Source: Promethearchaeota archaeon (GTDB taxonomy: Archaea; Asgardarchaeota; Lokiarchaeia; Sigyniarchaeales; SOKP01). From it: DNA of 64,000 nucleotides. Shown here piece after piece: positions 1-9,649 of this stretch (within the stretch, counting starts at the first letter, position 1; each line of letters starts with the position of its first letter). A program made the translations under genes and the position numbers. The notes under the pieces were generated by a model. It did not search any database. It saw nothing but the letters and a program-made list of their open reading frames with translations, and was not told the origin of the DNA. The stretch spans positions 36,890 through 100,889 of the forward strand of contig JAEOTR010000006.1 of the NCBI GenBank assembly GCA_016839705.1. Reading direction: 5' to 3'.

Positions 1-439
1 GTAAATTCCATGCTAAAACACCAAAAATAACAAAGAAAAGAAACATTATTCGATAAATTTTGATTTTGATTGCAAAAATTAGAATAAGAAAAAAGAAACT
101 TGAGGAAATTAGGATGTTAGCTTTACTCAATATTAATTCCAAAGAATTAGGAAAATAAATCTGTTTTGAAAGAAAATAATCTAAAAAAGAGAAAAAAATT
201 AGAGTTAAGAAACTCAAAAGAACCACTAACTTTACAGCTATTTTTATGCTTCTTCTCATTAAAATGTATAAAATTAAATACTATTTATAGTGAATTAATT
301 TCAATTAAATCTCAAAGAAGCAAGTCAAATTATTGAAGTCTAGGATATACCTATTCTTGGAGCCTTTATAAAAGAAAACACAATTATTTAACATAATAAG
401 AAATTAGGAAATAAAAAAAATAAATTGGTAATCCATTAA

Positions 440-1255
440 TTAACTTTTCCTTTTTTTAATTATATAAATCAAGGTTATAATGATTCCCATAGAAGCATTC
501 AACAAAATTGGAAGTTCAAAGCCAGGAATCGCTGCAGTTGTAGGCAATTCTATAGAAAATTCATAAATTATATTTGTCTCATTGTCTTTAATTTGATACC
601 CTATCCAGGCACCATAAGTTTCATCATAAGTCCATGTTTCTGTACAATTTTCTAAATATTGATCCATAACTAGAGGATTAAAAATAGCGTCTCCCTCTTC
701 AGCATTATGAACAACTGTATTACCTAAATTTTGCCATTTCGGAGCCCAAGTAATTTCTTCTAAATATTGATCCACAGGAGTGGGTAATTGAGCAAAATAA
801 AGTGCTCCATTATAGATAGTAGTATTCTGAATCCAAATTAAATTTGTCCTCCATGTAATATTCGTTGGACCATAAAAACTATGAACATCATAACCAGTAA
901 TATCTGGAGTTTCTCCAAATTCTCCTAAAGTCCAGTCCCAGTTATCTGTTGTGTAGTTTACCGCATCTTCCCCAAGCCAAGATATACTAAAATTAACAGC
1001 CGTTACAAGAGATTTTTTTCTGGCACCTTCCTGTAGAGCTCCGGAGCCAAATAATCCTTCAAAAAGCCCAACATAACCTGTTCCAAATAAATCTTCCATA
1101 CTTTGGTTGTTTGCAGTTTTTACTATCAATATCTTCTGATCTCCGGGTGCCCCATGAAATGTATAAGTTCCAACTTGGGAATTAGCTGGTGGGGTAATTA
1201 ATATCGTCATACTTACCATTAAAAGGAATGATATCATTAATTTTGGTTTATTCAT
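440..1255 (-). CDS. secreted or surface glycoprotein candidate with PGF-CTERM-like C-terminal anchor
   Basis: 271-aa ORF. N-terminal signal-like hydrophobic segment (KLMISFLLMVSMTILITPPANS). Many N-x-S/T sequons. C-terminus is PTTAAIPGFE, then a hydrophobic helix, then KKRKS. Confidence 0.7.
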   Translation of the reverse strand: MNKPKLMISFLLMVSMTILITPPANSQVGTYTFHGAPGDQKILIVKTANNQSMEDLFGTGYVGLFEGLFGSGALQEGARKKSLVTAVNFSISWLGEDAVNYTTDNWDWTLGEFGETPDITGYDVHSFYGPTNITWRTNLIWIQNTTIYNGALYFAQLPTPVDQYLEEITWAPKWQNLGNTVVHNAEEGDAIFNPLVMDQYLENCTETWTYDETYGAWIGYQIKDNETNIIYEFSIELPTTAAIPGFELPILLNASMGIIITLIYIIKKRKS

Positions 1256-1419
1256 TTTAAATCATTTTTTATTTTTATGTAGAAAGGCTTGTAATTAATC
1301 TATATTTTAACTGGTTTCTATATAAATATTCCTATAGATCTAATATTGATGTATCTAATTGGATTTAGTGCATAAAATGAATATTTATATTAAATTACTG
1401 TGTTTGAGAGCCTTATCAA

Positions 1420-2235
1420 TTGAAAAAATTAATTAATAAACAACGGGTAACTAAAATTATGAAATATATTTCACCAGAGAATAATCTTGAAATTTATTAT
1501 AAAATTAGTGGAAATGAAAATAACCCCAAAATGGTATTAATTCACGGTCTTTTTTTAAATAGCGATTGCTGGAGGGAACAGCTGAAAACTTTTGAAGACA
1601 AATTTTTTATTCTCCGTTTTGATCTTCGTGGTCATGGAAGGACAACAAAACCAAAAAAACGCTTTACTATTCGAAATTATGTAGATGATATGTACAGTTT
1701 ATTAACACACCTAAATTGGACAGAAAACCTTTACCTTGTTGGGCATTCTCTTGGGGGAATGGTTGCCCTTGTATACGGGCTTGAAAATCCTTCTAATATT
1801 AAAAAAATGGTTGTAGCAGATAGTTTTTGTTTTATTAGCCAAGAAGCAATTACCGACGTTTTAGGTCGAGTAAATAACTCCAAGCTTGAAAACTTCGCAT
1901 TAGGTATAAGCATAAGAGGTTTATCTCCTTATGATAAAGACACCGCAAAATTTGTAGCAAAAATAGTGACCGATCATATGACAAAAAAGGACTGTCTTAG
2001 TGCTACCGCGGCTTCTGCGGGATTTAATGTTTGCGAAAACTTAAAATCATTAAATATTCCGGTATTGGTTTTAGTCGGCAAAAAAGATATTACCACTCCT
2101 GTGTGGGCAAGTGAAATGATTCATGAATGGCTACCCCATTCAGAATTAGTAATTCTTCCGGATGCAGGGCATCTGACAATTTTAGATCACCCGGTAGAGT
2201 TTAATAACCAAGTAATTTCATTTTGGGAAAAGTAA
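1420..2235 (+). CDS. alpha/beta-fold hydrolase
   Basis: 271-aa ORF. HGLFLNS oxyanion region, nucleophile elbow GHSLGG, C-terminal DAGHL histidine motif. The track start is TTG; an ATG (MKYISPEN) at 1459 is an alternative start. Confidence 0.8.
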   Translation: MKKLINKQRVTKIMKYISPENNLEIYYKISGNENNPKMVLIHGLFLNSDCWREQLKTFEDKFFILRFDLRGHGRTTKPKKRFTIRNYVDDMYSLLTHLNWTENLYLVGHSLGGMVALVYGLENPSNIKKMVVADSFCFISQEAITDVLGRVNNSKLENFALGISIRGLSPYDKDTAKFVAKIVTDHMTKKDCLSATAASAGFNVCENLKSLNIPVLVLVGKKDITTPVWASEMIHEWLPHSELVILPDAGHLTILDHPVEFNNQVISFWEK

Positions 2236-2260
2236 GAAGTTGTTTGTTAGAAATAATTAA

Positions 2261-3286
2261 TTATGGTGTACCCCACTTAATTACACCAGCATTCCATGCC
2301 CATCCTATTCCAGCTGAAACAATAACAACTACATCTCCTTCTTTAATTTTTCCATCTCTAATTCCATATTCTATTGATATTATCCCGTCATTCTGGCCGT
2401 TATGTCCAATATCTTCGAAATATGTAGATTGAGTGTATGGATCAACGCCAATTGTCTTTGCAACATATTCAAATGCACTTCTTTTCATATGGAGAAGAGC
2501 TAAATAACCAATATCTTTACGTGAGTAACCCGATTGTTTTAAGGCATTATCAATTACCTTCACAAATGAGCTCATCGAGTACTTGTCTAATCGTTCTTTT
2601 AAACCCTCAGGATCAGGTACATCCAAAAAATTTCTTCCTTCTTCTAAAGATCTTGGAGTAATAGGTTGAATTGTACCACCCGCGGGTATATAAACATCAT
2701 CAACAAAACGGCCATCAGTAATGGCGGTAATACTTAAAATTTCATTTATTTGATAATCCCCCCGGATTATTGCAGCAACCCCACTAGCCGCTAAACTAAT
2801 CATAAATCTTGATCTCTGATTTTTATAATTGATTAAATCAGAATTCCTATAACCGCTTGCTACTAGTATCCTGTTAATATCTGGATTTATTTGAATTAAA
2901 CTTTTTGCTATCAGCATGCCTATTAAAAAACTTCCACATCGTTGATTTACATCAAATGCCCAAGGCTTCAATGGATTTCCCAATAATTGTTGCAGTTTTA
3001 TGCCATTCACAACTAATGGTCGTTCAGCGTGAACCTCCCCAGCCCAAATAATCACATCTAGATTGTCAGGGGTTAAATTTGCTCTTTTTAAAGCTTTGAA
3101 ACTTGCATTAGCACCCATTTGGACCGTATGATCTTCTGTTCCTGGTACGGATTTGCTAAACAATCCAAATTTTTCTTCTATTACTTTTTTTGGGATCCCT
3201 GTTTCTTTAGAAATATGTTCACTAGTATGTCTTTCTTTTGGAAGATAAACACCCCATGCTTCTAATCCAACTGGACGATAATTCAA
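2261..3286 (-). CDS. KAS-III (FabH)-like thiolase-fold condensing enzyme
   Basis: 341-aa ORF. Candidate active-site Cys in NQRCGSF, His/Asn region IGHNGQNDG, FabH-like C-terminus SAGIGWAW. Lies 10 nt downstream of the acyl-CoA synthetase gene. Confidence 0.65.
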   Translation of the reverse strand: MNYRPVGLEAWGVYLPKERHTSEHISKETGIPKKVIEEKFGLFSKSVPGTEDHTVQMGANASFKALKRANLTPDNLDVIIWAGEVHAERPLVVNGIKLQQLLGNPLKPWAFDVNQRCGSFLIGMLIAKSLIQINPDINRILVASGYRNSDLINYKNQRSRFMISLAASGVAAIIRGDYQINEILSITAITDGRFVDDVYIPAGGTIQPITPRSLEEGRNFLDVPDPEGLKERLDKYSMSSFVKVIDNALKQSGYSRKDIGYLALLHMKRSAFEYVAKTIGVDPYTQSTYFEDIGHNGQNDGIISIEYGIRDGKIKEGDVVVIVSAGIGWAWNAGVIKWGTP

Positions 3287-3296
3287 TTTTTTTTAC

Positions 3297-4841
3297 CTAC
3301 TTAAGTTCACGTTTTAAAATTTTCCCAGCAGCGCTGGTTGGCAAATCTTCTTTTATTTCAAAATACTTTGGGACTTTATATCTTGCTAATTTTTGTAGAA
3401 GGTAATCTCGAATGTCATCTGTAGAAATTTCTTTTCCAGGTTTTAACGTAATGAATGCTTTGCCAACTTCACCCCATTTTTCATCAGATACACCAATAAC
3501 TGCAGCTAAATCGATTGATGGATGTTTAAATAATATTTCTTCAATTTCAACAGGATATACATTCTCCCCCCCACTGATATACATTTCTTTCTTACGTCCT
3601 ACAATATAATAATAAAAATCCTCATCTTGCTTGGCTAAATCACCTGTATGTACCCATCCATCTGGTTCAATTGTTTTTTTAGTTTCATCAGGTTCGTCCC
3701 AATAGCCTGAGAAAATGTGAGGTCCCTTTAAAAGAAGTTCTCCCACATCTCCTTGTTTCACAATCAAATTAGTCTTCGTGTCAATAATTTTCATATCACA
3801 ATGAAAAACTGGTATCCCTACAGATGTAGGTTTTTGTTTGATTTTACTTTCTGGTAAATAGAAATTATTAGGACCAACTTCAGTTAAACCATATCCCATT
3901 TTAAAAAGTTTATCTCTAGCCCAATATTTCTCCATAATTGCCACTGGGCACGGAGCTCCACCAGATATGAAAATTTTCACCGATGCAAGATTGGTAGAAT
4001 TAAAATTTGGACTATTTGCCATCAGATGATACATCGTAGGAACACCAACTACAATAGTACAATTCTGATCAGTAATTATTCTTAAAGATTCTTCGGGGTT
4101 AAAATCTCCCATTAGTATTGTTTTAGCTCCCAAATGATAAAAAGGCACTAGTAAAACATTCCAACCTCCTGTATGAAATAGTGGAAAGAAAAGTGGCTGT
4201 ACATCATCTGAGTTTAAACTCCATGAAAGTATTGTATTAACAGAATTCCAAAAAATAAGCCTATGAGAAAGAATAGCACCCTTTGGTAAACCTGTTGTTC
4301 CACCTGTGAATAAAATAAGATGGGGATCCTCAAAATTAATGGATAGTTTTTCAATTTCAGATTTTAAGGCTTTATTCATTAAACGTTGAGACGTCGGATC
4401 TCCATGTATTGATTTTTTACCCATTACTACGTTCTTTTCAACAAGATTTTTTTTTTTAATCTCTAATGCTTGAGATTCTAATTTTGGTTCGTAAAAAAAT
4501 ATTGAGGGGGTTGTCTTTTTAATAAGATACTCTAATTCTTGAATAGATAATCTCACATTAAAAGGAACAAGAATAGCTCCGATTTTTCCTGAAGCTAAAA
4601 ACAAATCTATACACTCAATCCTATTAGTTGAAAACATAGCAACACGATCTCCCTTAGATATGCCGTGATCTAATAGAACATGAGCTAATTGTTTTGCTCG
4701 AATATTAAGATCGTTGTATGTGTAAATTTTTTTTTCAATATTATCAAAAATTGCATGACGATTCGGTGTTAGGCTTGCACGACGTTCCCCCCAATCCCCA
4801 ATCCATGAAAACTCTCCAGTTTTAACCATTATGAAAATCAC
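3297..4841 (-). CDS. AMP-dependent acyl-CoA synthetase/ligase
   Basis: 514-aa ORF. AMP-binding motif LFTGGTTGLPKGA, GYGLTE, HTGD, C-terminal PTSAAGKILKREL. The likely true start is the ATG (MVKTGEF) at 4829. Confidence 0.85.
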   Translation of the reverse strand: MIFIMVKTGEFSWIGDWGERRASLTPNRHAIFDNIEKKIYTYNDLNIRAKQLAHVLLDHGISKGDRVAMFSTNRIECIDLFLASGKIGAILVPFNVRLSIQELEYLIKKTTPSIFFYEPKLESQALEIKKKNLVEKNVVMGKKSIHGDPTSQRLMNKALKSEIEKLSINFEDPHLILFTGGTTGLPKGAILSHRLIFWNSVNTILSWSLNSDDVQPLFFPLFHTGGWNVLLVPFYHLGAKTILMGDFNPEESLRIITDQNCTIVVGVPTMYHLMANSPNFNSTNLASVKIFISGGAPCPVAIMEKYWARDKLFKMGYGLTEVGPNNFYLPESKIKQKPTSVGIPVFHCDMKIIDTKTNLIVKQGDVGELLLKGPHIFSGYWDEPDETKKTIEPDGWVHTGDLAKQDEDFYYYIVGRKKEMYISGGENVYPVEIEEILFKHPSIDLAAVIGVSDEKWGEVGKAFITLKPGKEISTDDIRDYLLQKLARYKVPKYFEIKEDLPTSAAGKILKRELK

Positions 4842-6065
4842 CTAAACAGCTCTGTAGATAGGCCATTTTCTCCACACATATGCAAACAAGATTTCAATCC
4901 AGAGAAACCATAAAATAAATGGTGTAGGATTCATCCTCCAGTAATTTATATTATCTCCAAAAATAAATGGGGATAAAAGATAATAGCCAATAAAACTAAA
5001 TGTTCCAATAAACATAACTAGCAAAAATCTAAAAAGAAAATTCTTCCATTGAGGAAATTTTTTTGGCCAATTGTCAAAGAATAAAGATACTAACACAACA
5101 GCACAAATGAGAAATATCGCATAAGTAATACTCATCATGTACCAACCTTTAAATCTAGTTACAGCATCAGGAGGTGTTCCCCCAATCGCAATAAAGAAAG
5201 GATCGAATAAATTTTTAGCAATAATATCAGGAAAAAAATAAGAAATTAGTAAACCTAACAATGTACAAGATGCAAATGCGATAAGTCCTATATATGGTTG
5301 TTTCTTCCCCAATTTACTCCACGGCCAATACTCAAAAGCCATAAGCGTGAGAAGTGAAAAAAAGATCAACCATTGAGTCCATCCAAGTGAAAAGGCGTAA
5401 CTGGGAAAAAAAGTAATGGGTCTAACTGCCGAAGCCTCAGAGGACGCCATAGGGTTTCCTGCGGGGATAAACAATAAAAACCAAACAATTAGTGTTATTG
5501 TGTTACCAATGATCCAAACAATTACCCCTCGTTTAGGTTGTTTTATTTTAAAAAATGGCCAATACATTGTTCCAGCAACCCAAAGAACCGCAAAAGAAAA
5601 ACAAGAACCACTTAAAGCACCGAAAATTGATGCACCAACGAACCATGCTATATAAGAGTTAGGATTTTGACCACTGTATACTGAATTAAATAAAGGTAAA
5701 AACACAAGAACGAAAAGACATATAATTACACCATTAATAGCGGTTCCTACAAGCCCTACCTTCCAAGGCGTTTTAAACCAGTTGTAATAAGGCCAATTCT
5801 CAAACCAAATAGCCCACATTACACCAATTAACCCAAACCCACCAATCACAGTTGCCCATGCTGTAATTTCCATTTCATACAAAGGGAGAGGATTGTGCCA
5901 ACGAGGATCAAAAAAAATCCACCAGGTGACTAAACTTATTATAAACACTATTAAAATTGAAAGAATACCCGCGATAGGTTGCTTATATCGAGCCATCACT
6001 ATCATTGGTGCGTCCTCAGCAGAGGGAATGCCGACTTTTTCGCCTGCGAGAGCCATATTGATCAC
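4842..6065 (-). CDS. polytopic Trp-rich membrane protein, unknown function (first gene of the acyl-CoA synthetase operon)
   Basis: 407-aa ORF with about 10 or more hydrophobic segments. Its stop codon abuts the next ORF. No family recognised. Confidence 0.6.
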   Translation of the reverse strand: MINMALAGEKVGIPSAEDAPMIVMARYKQPIAGILSILIVFIISLVTWWIFFDPRWHNPLPLYEMEITAWATVIGGFGLIGVMWAIWFENWPYYNWFKTPWKVGLVGTAINGVIICLFVLVFLPLFNSVYSGQNPNSYIAWFVGASIFGALSGSCFSFAVLWVAGTMYWPFFKIKQPKRGVIVWIIGNTITLIVWFLLFIPAGNPMASSEASAVRPITFFPSYAFSLGWTQWLIFFSLLTLMAFEYWPWSKLGKKQPYIGLIAFASCTLLGLLISYFFPDIIAKNLFDPFFIAIGGTPPDAVTRFKGWYMMSITYAIFLICAVVLVSLFFDNWPKKFPQWKNFLFRFLLVMFIGTFSFIGYYLLSPFIFGDNINYWRMNPTPFILWFLWIEILFAYVWRKWPIYRAV

Positions 6066-6469
6066 TCATTTATTATTAATTATATATCTAATTTAAAAGT
6101 AAATAATTAAGATATTATCTTGTATTAACCTTAAATCCATTTTAACTTCTTTAAATTTAGCTAATTAAAAAAAAGAAAGAGAATTAATAAAGATCTTTTA
6201 TATCAAATTCAAAGTTGAAATCCTTCAATATTTCTTCTATTGGGTACGCGTTTTCTGGATTCCAATCCACTAAATATGCAGACCCTAACAAAGAATTCAC
6301 CAGAAACTACTCTAAATAGAATCCCTATAAAAAAATATCTACAGCTTTTTGAATTGGCTATTTCTTAATGAGGTAATAATGGTCCTAAATAAACTGTGGA
6401 TTCTTTGTTAAATTTAAATACAAATTTAAATTACTAAATACTGGTAAATAAAACTAAAATCTACAAAAA

Positions 6470-7957
6470 GTGAAAAAAAAAATGAAAAAAACTAAAATAA
6501 TTACAATTTCAATCTTAGGATTGCTATTATTAGTTCCATTTATGACACCTACAGTAGCTGCACCTGCCTCCTATGTTCCTGTGGCAGAAGAAGAAACTTA
6601 TCTATGGGAGTTAAGTCAATATAACACTAATTTTGCTCAATTCTTCGCAGACAATATGAGCGATGTGATAGCTACAATCTTTAGCCAACCGATAATTTGG
6701 CAAATAATTACAGTTTATACTGGTTGGAGCTGGGACAGTATTACACCCCAATCATCTTGGCCTCTTACTGTTAAAGCCATTTTACCTGAAAATACTAGTA
6801 CATTTCTTCTTCCTGACTATTTTATCCCAGATAATATAACTCATACACCAGTCTATTTGGGTAGTGGATATAATGTTCTCCATTACCCAGCAGCTAGTAC
6901 CTTCTACGACGATACCTGGTATATAGTAAATGATACAGCTAGTTTTGCGAAACAAAGTTTATTTGGGGGGACGGCAACTTCTCCCTATATGATAATGGGC
7001 GTTCCATTTGGACCTAAGAATATAAACTGGACCGAATTTGTTGCGGTGGCTAATGGGGGAATGGGTGGTGGCTACTGGACAGGGGATGCTGTAAATACTA
7101 CAGTAACTGCTTTATCTGATGGATATTCATTGTCTGTACCTATCTCTGGTTATGGAAGTAATACCCTACCTATAACTATAAATGTTTCCTATAATGCAAA
7201 TAGCATTCTTGATAACTACACATTTCAATATGGAGCCCTTACGCTTTTCTACTATGAACTAGTTTCATATGAAGCTGATGGTGTAAATCCAGTAACAACT
7301 TCTCCAAGTGATTTTGCCGTTGCTCATGACTACACTGGGGAAAGTATTTCATGGACCGCAACAGATGCAAATCCTGGTAATTACACAATAAAGCGCGATG
7401 CTATCACCGTTGTAACACCAACTCCATGGGCAAGTGGTACGCCAGTTACTTACAATATTACGGATGGGTTAGCAGAAGGTGCTTCTTATACATTTGAAAT
7501 CACTTTTTCAGATGCATATGGGAATTCTGTATCTGATTCAGTAGTGATGACTGTAACCGTTCCTGATACAACGGACCCTGTTATAACAAGCGCTCCGAGC
7601 GATTTAGTTGTTGCACACGGTTATACAGGACAAAGTCTTTCGTGGACGGCAACAGATGCGAATCCTGGTACTTATGTTATAAAATGTAATGGAACACTTG
7701 TCGTTGTACCAGCAACTGCGTGGATAAGTGGTACACCAGTTACTTACAATATTCCGGATGGATATGAACCAAGTGTTACTACATATGAAATTACTTTTTC
7801 AGATGTTATTGGGAATAATGTATCTGATTCAGCTACACTAACTGTAAATCCCGCAACAACACCCCCTGGCATTCCAGGATATGAGCCTTTAATAGTCATA
7901 GGTATCACCGGTATTGCGTCTATTTGTTTAATAATCTTTAAAAAGAAAAAGAGATAA
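6470..7957 (+). CDS. secreted surface glycoprotein with two tandem ~96-aa repeats and PGF-CTERM-like anchor
   Basis: 495-aa ORF. Signal-like N-terminus (ITISILGLLLLVPFMTPTVAAPA). Many N-x-S/T sequons. Internal duplication. C-terminus is PATTPPGIPGYE, then a hydrophobic helix, then KKKKR. Confidence 0.75.
   Translation: MKKKMKKTKIITISILGLLLLVPFMTPTVAAPASYVPVAEEETYLWELSQYNTNFAQFFADNMSDVIATIFSQPIIWQIITVYTGWSWDSITPQSSWPLTVKAILPENTSTFLLPDYFIPDNITHTPVYLGSGYNVLHYPAASTFYDDTWYIVNDTASFAKQSLFGGTATSPYMIMGVPFGPKNINWTEFVAVANGGMGGGYWTGDAVNTTVTALSDGYSLSVPISGYGSNTLPITINVSYNANSILDNYTFQYGALTLFYYELVSYEADGVNPVTTSPSDFAVAHDYTGESISWTATDANPGNYTIKRDAITVVTPTPWASGTPVTYNITDGLAEGASYTFEITFSDAYGNSVSDSVVMTVTVPDTTDPVITSAPSDLVVAHGYTGQSLSWTATDANPGTYVIKCNGTLVVVPATAWISGTPVTYNIPDGYEPSVTTYEITFSDVIGNNVSDSATLTVNPATTPPGIPGYEPLIVIGITGIASICLIIFKKKKR
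7277..7849 (+). repeat. intragenic tandem duplication (2 x ~288 nt / ~96 aa)
   Basis: Repeat 1 is DGVNPVTTSPSDFAVAHDYTGESISWTATDANPGNYTIK...TFEITFSDAYGNSVSDSVVMTVTV. Repeat 2 is TTDPVITSAPSDLVVAHGYTGQSLSWTATDANPGTYVIK...TYEITFSDVIGNNVSDSATLTVN. The similarity is also visible at the nucleotide level. Confidence 0.85.
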
Positions 7958-7985
7958 GTAGTAAACTTAAAATCTAAATTTATTA

Positions 7986-8003
7986 TTTTTTTTGATTTTT
8001 TTT
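7986..8003 (+). terminator. oligo-T archaeal-type terminator candidate
   Basis: Two T8 runs (7986-7993 and 7996-8003) lie about 30 nt after the stop of the 6470..7957 gene, in a convergent intergenic region. Confidence 0.4.
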
Positions 8004-8136
8004 ATCTTAACTTGAAAATTGGTTTAGTTTAAATTTTTAATATTTTAGTATTTTATTATTGAATTCTTATTTCTTTTCATCTATTTAAGAGATTTTTTTT
8101 AGCTGATTTCAATTGAACATATATAATATAGTAAAA

Positions 8137-9468
8137 TTATAAAAAACGATCTAGGGTTCTTTGAGTTTTAATATAGTTAATTAACTTGCTACCCTTTTTC
8201 CAATGTTTAAACTCTACAATAAACCCTTCAGTCATTTTGCTGATTGCATCCTTGAAATTGTCTAATTTGGTAGGTTCGCTTGTCCACATCGCATTATTTA
8301 CAGTCTCTCTTATAACCCAAACGCCTAATGGAACAACATACCCTCCAGAAACTTCTCTAAATATGAGAATTCTTGCTTGCTTTTTTATTTTATACAGATA
8401 CTCACACACTGACTTTCTTGCAGCATAATAGGCTCCAGTTATATTACTTGCATAATTTTTTCTCCCTCCGTAAAATTCAAAGTCAGTCATTATCTGTGGT
8501 TTTAAACTACGAGTATTTCCATCAAGAGAAACATTCCATAAAGTATTAGGTGCCCACACTTCATTCATTTCATACATAAACTTCCCAGGGAATAAAAGTA
8601 TCTTGAAATGGTTGTCAAGATAAGTAGCTTCAAAAATCTGATAATCATCAATTTCAGGAAACTTCTTAATTTCTTTAATCAAGCCTTTTGATATGATATC
8701 ATCAACAGCGGTTATTGTCCAACGAGTAGGTACAATTCTACGCCTTTTTTCTTCACCAAGCAATCCTGCTGAGAAGATTCTTTTTATCGTAGATTCAGGC
8801 ACATTCCCTTTGAAATAAAGGTGTTCTGAGACAGCTTCAGTTGCTTTTAGATCTATATCTGATACGCAGTAGTCGACTTGGGGATGCACCTTAGTATTTT
8901 CTGTTATGGTTATTTTCTCTGTCATGCCAGAAGGTCCCATTGGTAAAGAATGATTATCCATCATCAGGTGTAAATTCATTTTTGATAATTTTGTTTCCGT
9001 ATCTACGGGTTGTGCTGCCATTGATAACTCTTGAGATGTTTCTAGAAGTTTTTGAATTTTTAATGAAGGTGTAGTTTTTGGATTCTTGCGACCAATGAAC
9101 ACATTTGTTTTAAAGTTGCTTCTAACTAGACTGCTTCTATAGCGTATTATATCAACCATCTTTTTCCCAAACCATAGTTCTGGAGCATCAAGGATGTGAT
9201 AATCTGAGATATCAAGCCCCGTTTCAAATTCCTGGTAAGGTACTAATGGTCCTAAATATACATTTGGATAACTAAAGTGTCCTACAAAGAATCCCGGAGG
9301 ACTTGCCCCAAAAATCTCGACATTTCTCTGAGTTTTGTCAATCTCGAAAGGAACCATCGATTTTAATACTGATTTCTTTAATAAAATAGGGCACGTTTTT
9401 TTCCCGCATAACAATCTCCCTCCTTTACAACGAAGGCAAATGTTCTTTTCTGTTTGAGGTCTGACCAA
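8137..9468 (-). CDS. nreA: archaeal Nre-family (DNA repair-associated) protein
   Basis: 443-aa ORF. N-terminal Cys cluster CLRCKGGRLLCGKKTCP, typical of Nre/COG1602 proteins. Canonical PIP box at the extreme C-terminus. Confidence 0.6.
   Translation of the reverse strand: MVRPQTEKNICLRCKGGRLLCGKKTCPILLKKSVLKSMVPFEIDKTQRNVEIFGASPPGFFVGHFSYPNVYLGPLVPYQEFETGLDISDYHILDAPELWFGKKMVDIIRYRSSLVRSNFKTNVFIGRKNPKTTPSLKIQKLLETSQELSMAAQPVDTETKLSKMNLHLMMDNHSLPMGPSGMTEKITITENTKVHPQVDYCVSDIDLKATEAVSEHLYFKGNVPESTIKRIFSAGLLGEEKRRRIVPTRWTITAVDDIISKGLIKEIKKFPEIDDYQIFEATYLDNHFKILLFPGKFMYEMNEVWAPNTLWNVSLDGNTRSLKPQIMTDFEFYGGRKNYASNITGAYYAARKSVCEYLYKIKKQARILIFREVSGGYVVPLGVWVIRETVNNAMWTSEPTKLDNFKDAISKMTEGFIVEFKHWKKGSKLINYIKTQRTLDRFL
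8140..8163 (-). other. C-terminal PCNA-interacting peptide (PIP box) QRTLDRFL
   Basis: The last 8 codons match Q-x-x-[LIM]-x-x-[FY]-[FYL]. Confidence 0.6.
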
Positions 9469-9649
9469 CTGATTTTCTCTTGAATCTTTTTATACTACTC
9501 AAAAATAATTAATATCTCTTATTATAAAAAGAAAAGAAGAGTATAAATTTTTAATATTTATAATAAAGAACCAATAAAGCAAGAGAAAAATGTGCTATAT
9601 TTTAAATTCTAAAATTAATAACGAAATTATTGAGTAGAGAAAATATTGT

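Noticed and set aside
1-46. A possible start of a minus-strand gene running off the left edge (MFLFFVIFGVLAWNL).
   Set aside because: Only 15 codons are visible, so it is unsupportable.
4839-4844. An in-frame TAG between the membrane protein and the acyl-CoA synthetase, as pyrrolysine or readthrough producing a fusion.
   Set aside because: Same-frame adjacency has a one-in-three chance of occurring. A good ATG (MVKTGEF) follows 13 nt later. TAG ends several other genes in the window. No Pyl genes were seen.
6184-6300. A 38-codon minus-strand ORF (VNSLLGSAYLVDWNPENAYPIEEILKDFNFEFDIKDLY) in the 404-nt intergenic region. It could be a gene remnant or a small protein.
   Set aside because: It is too short, has a GTG start without a clear Shine-Dalgarno, and has no recognisable motif. 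I cannot tell it apart from chance without comparative data.
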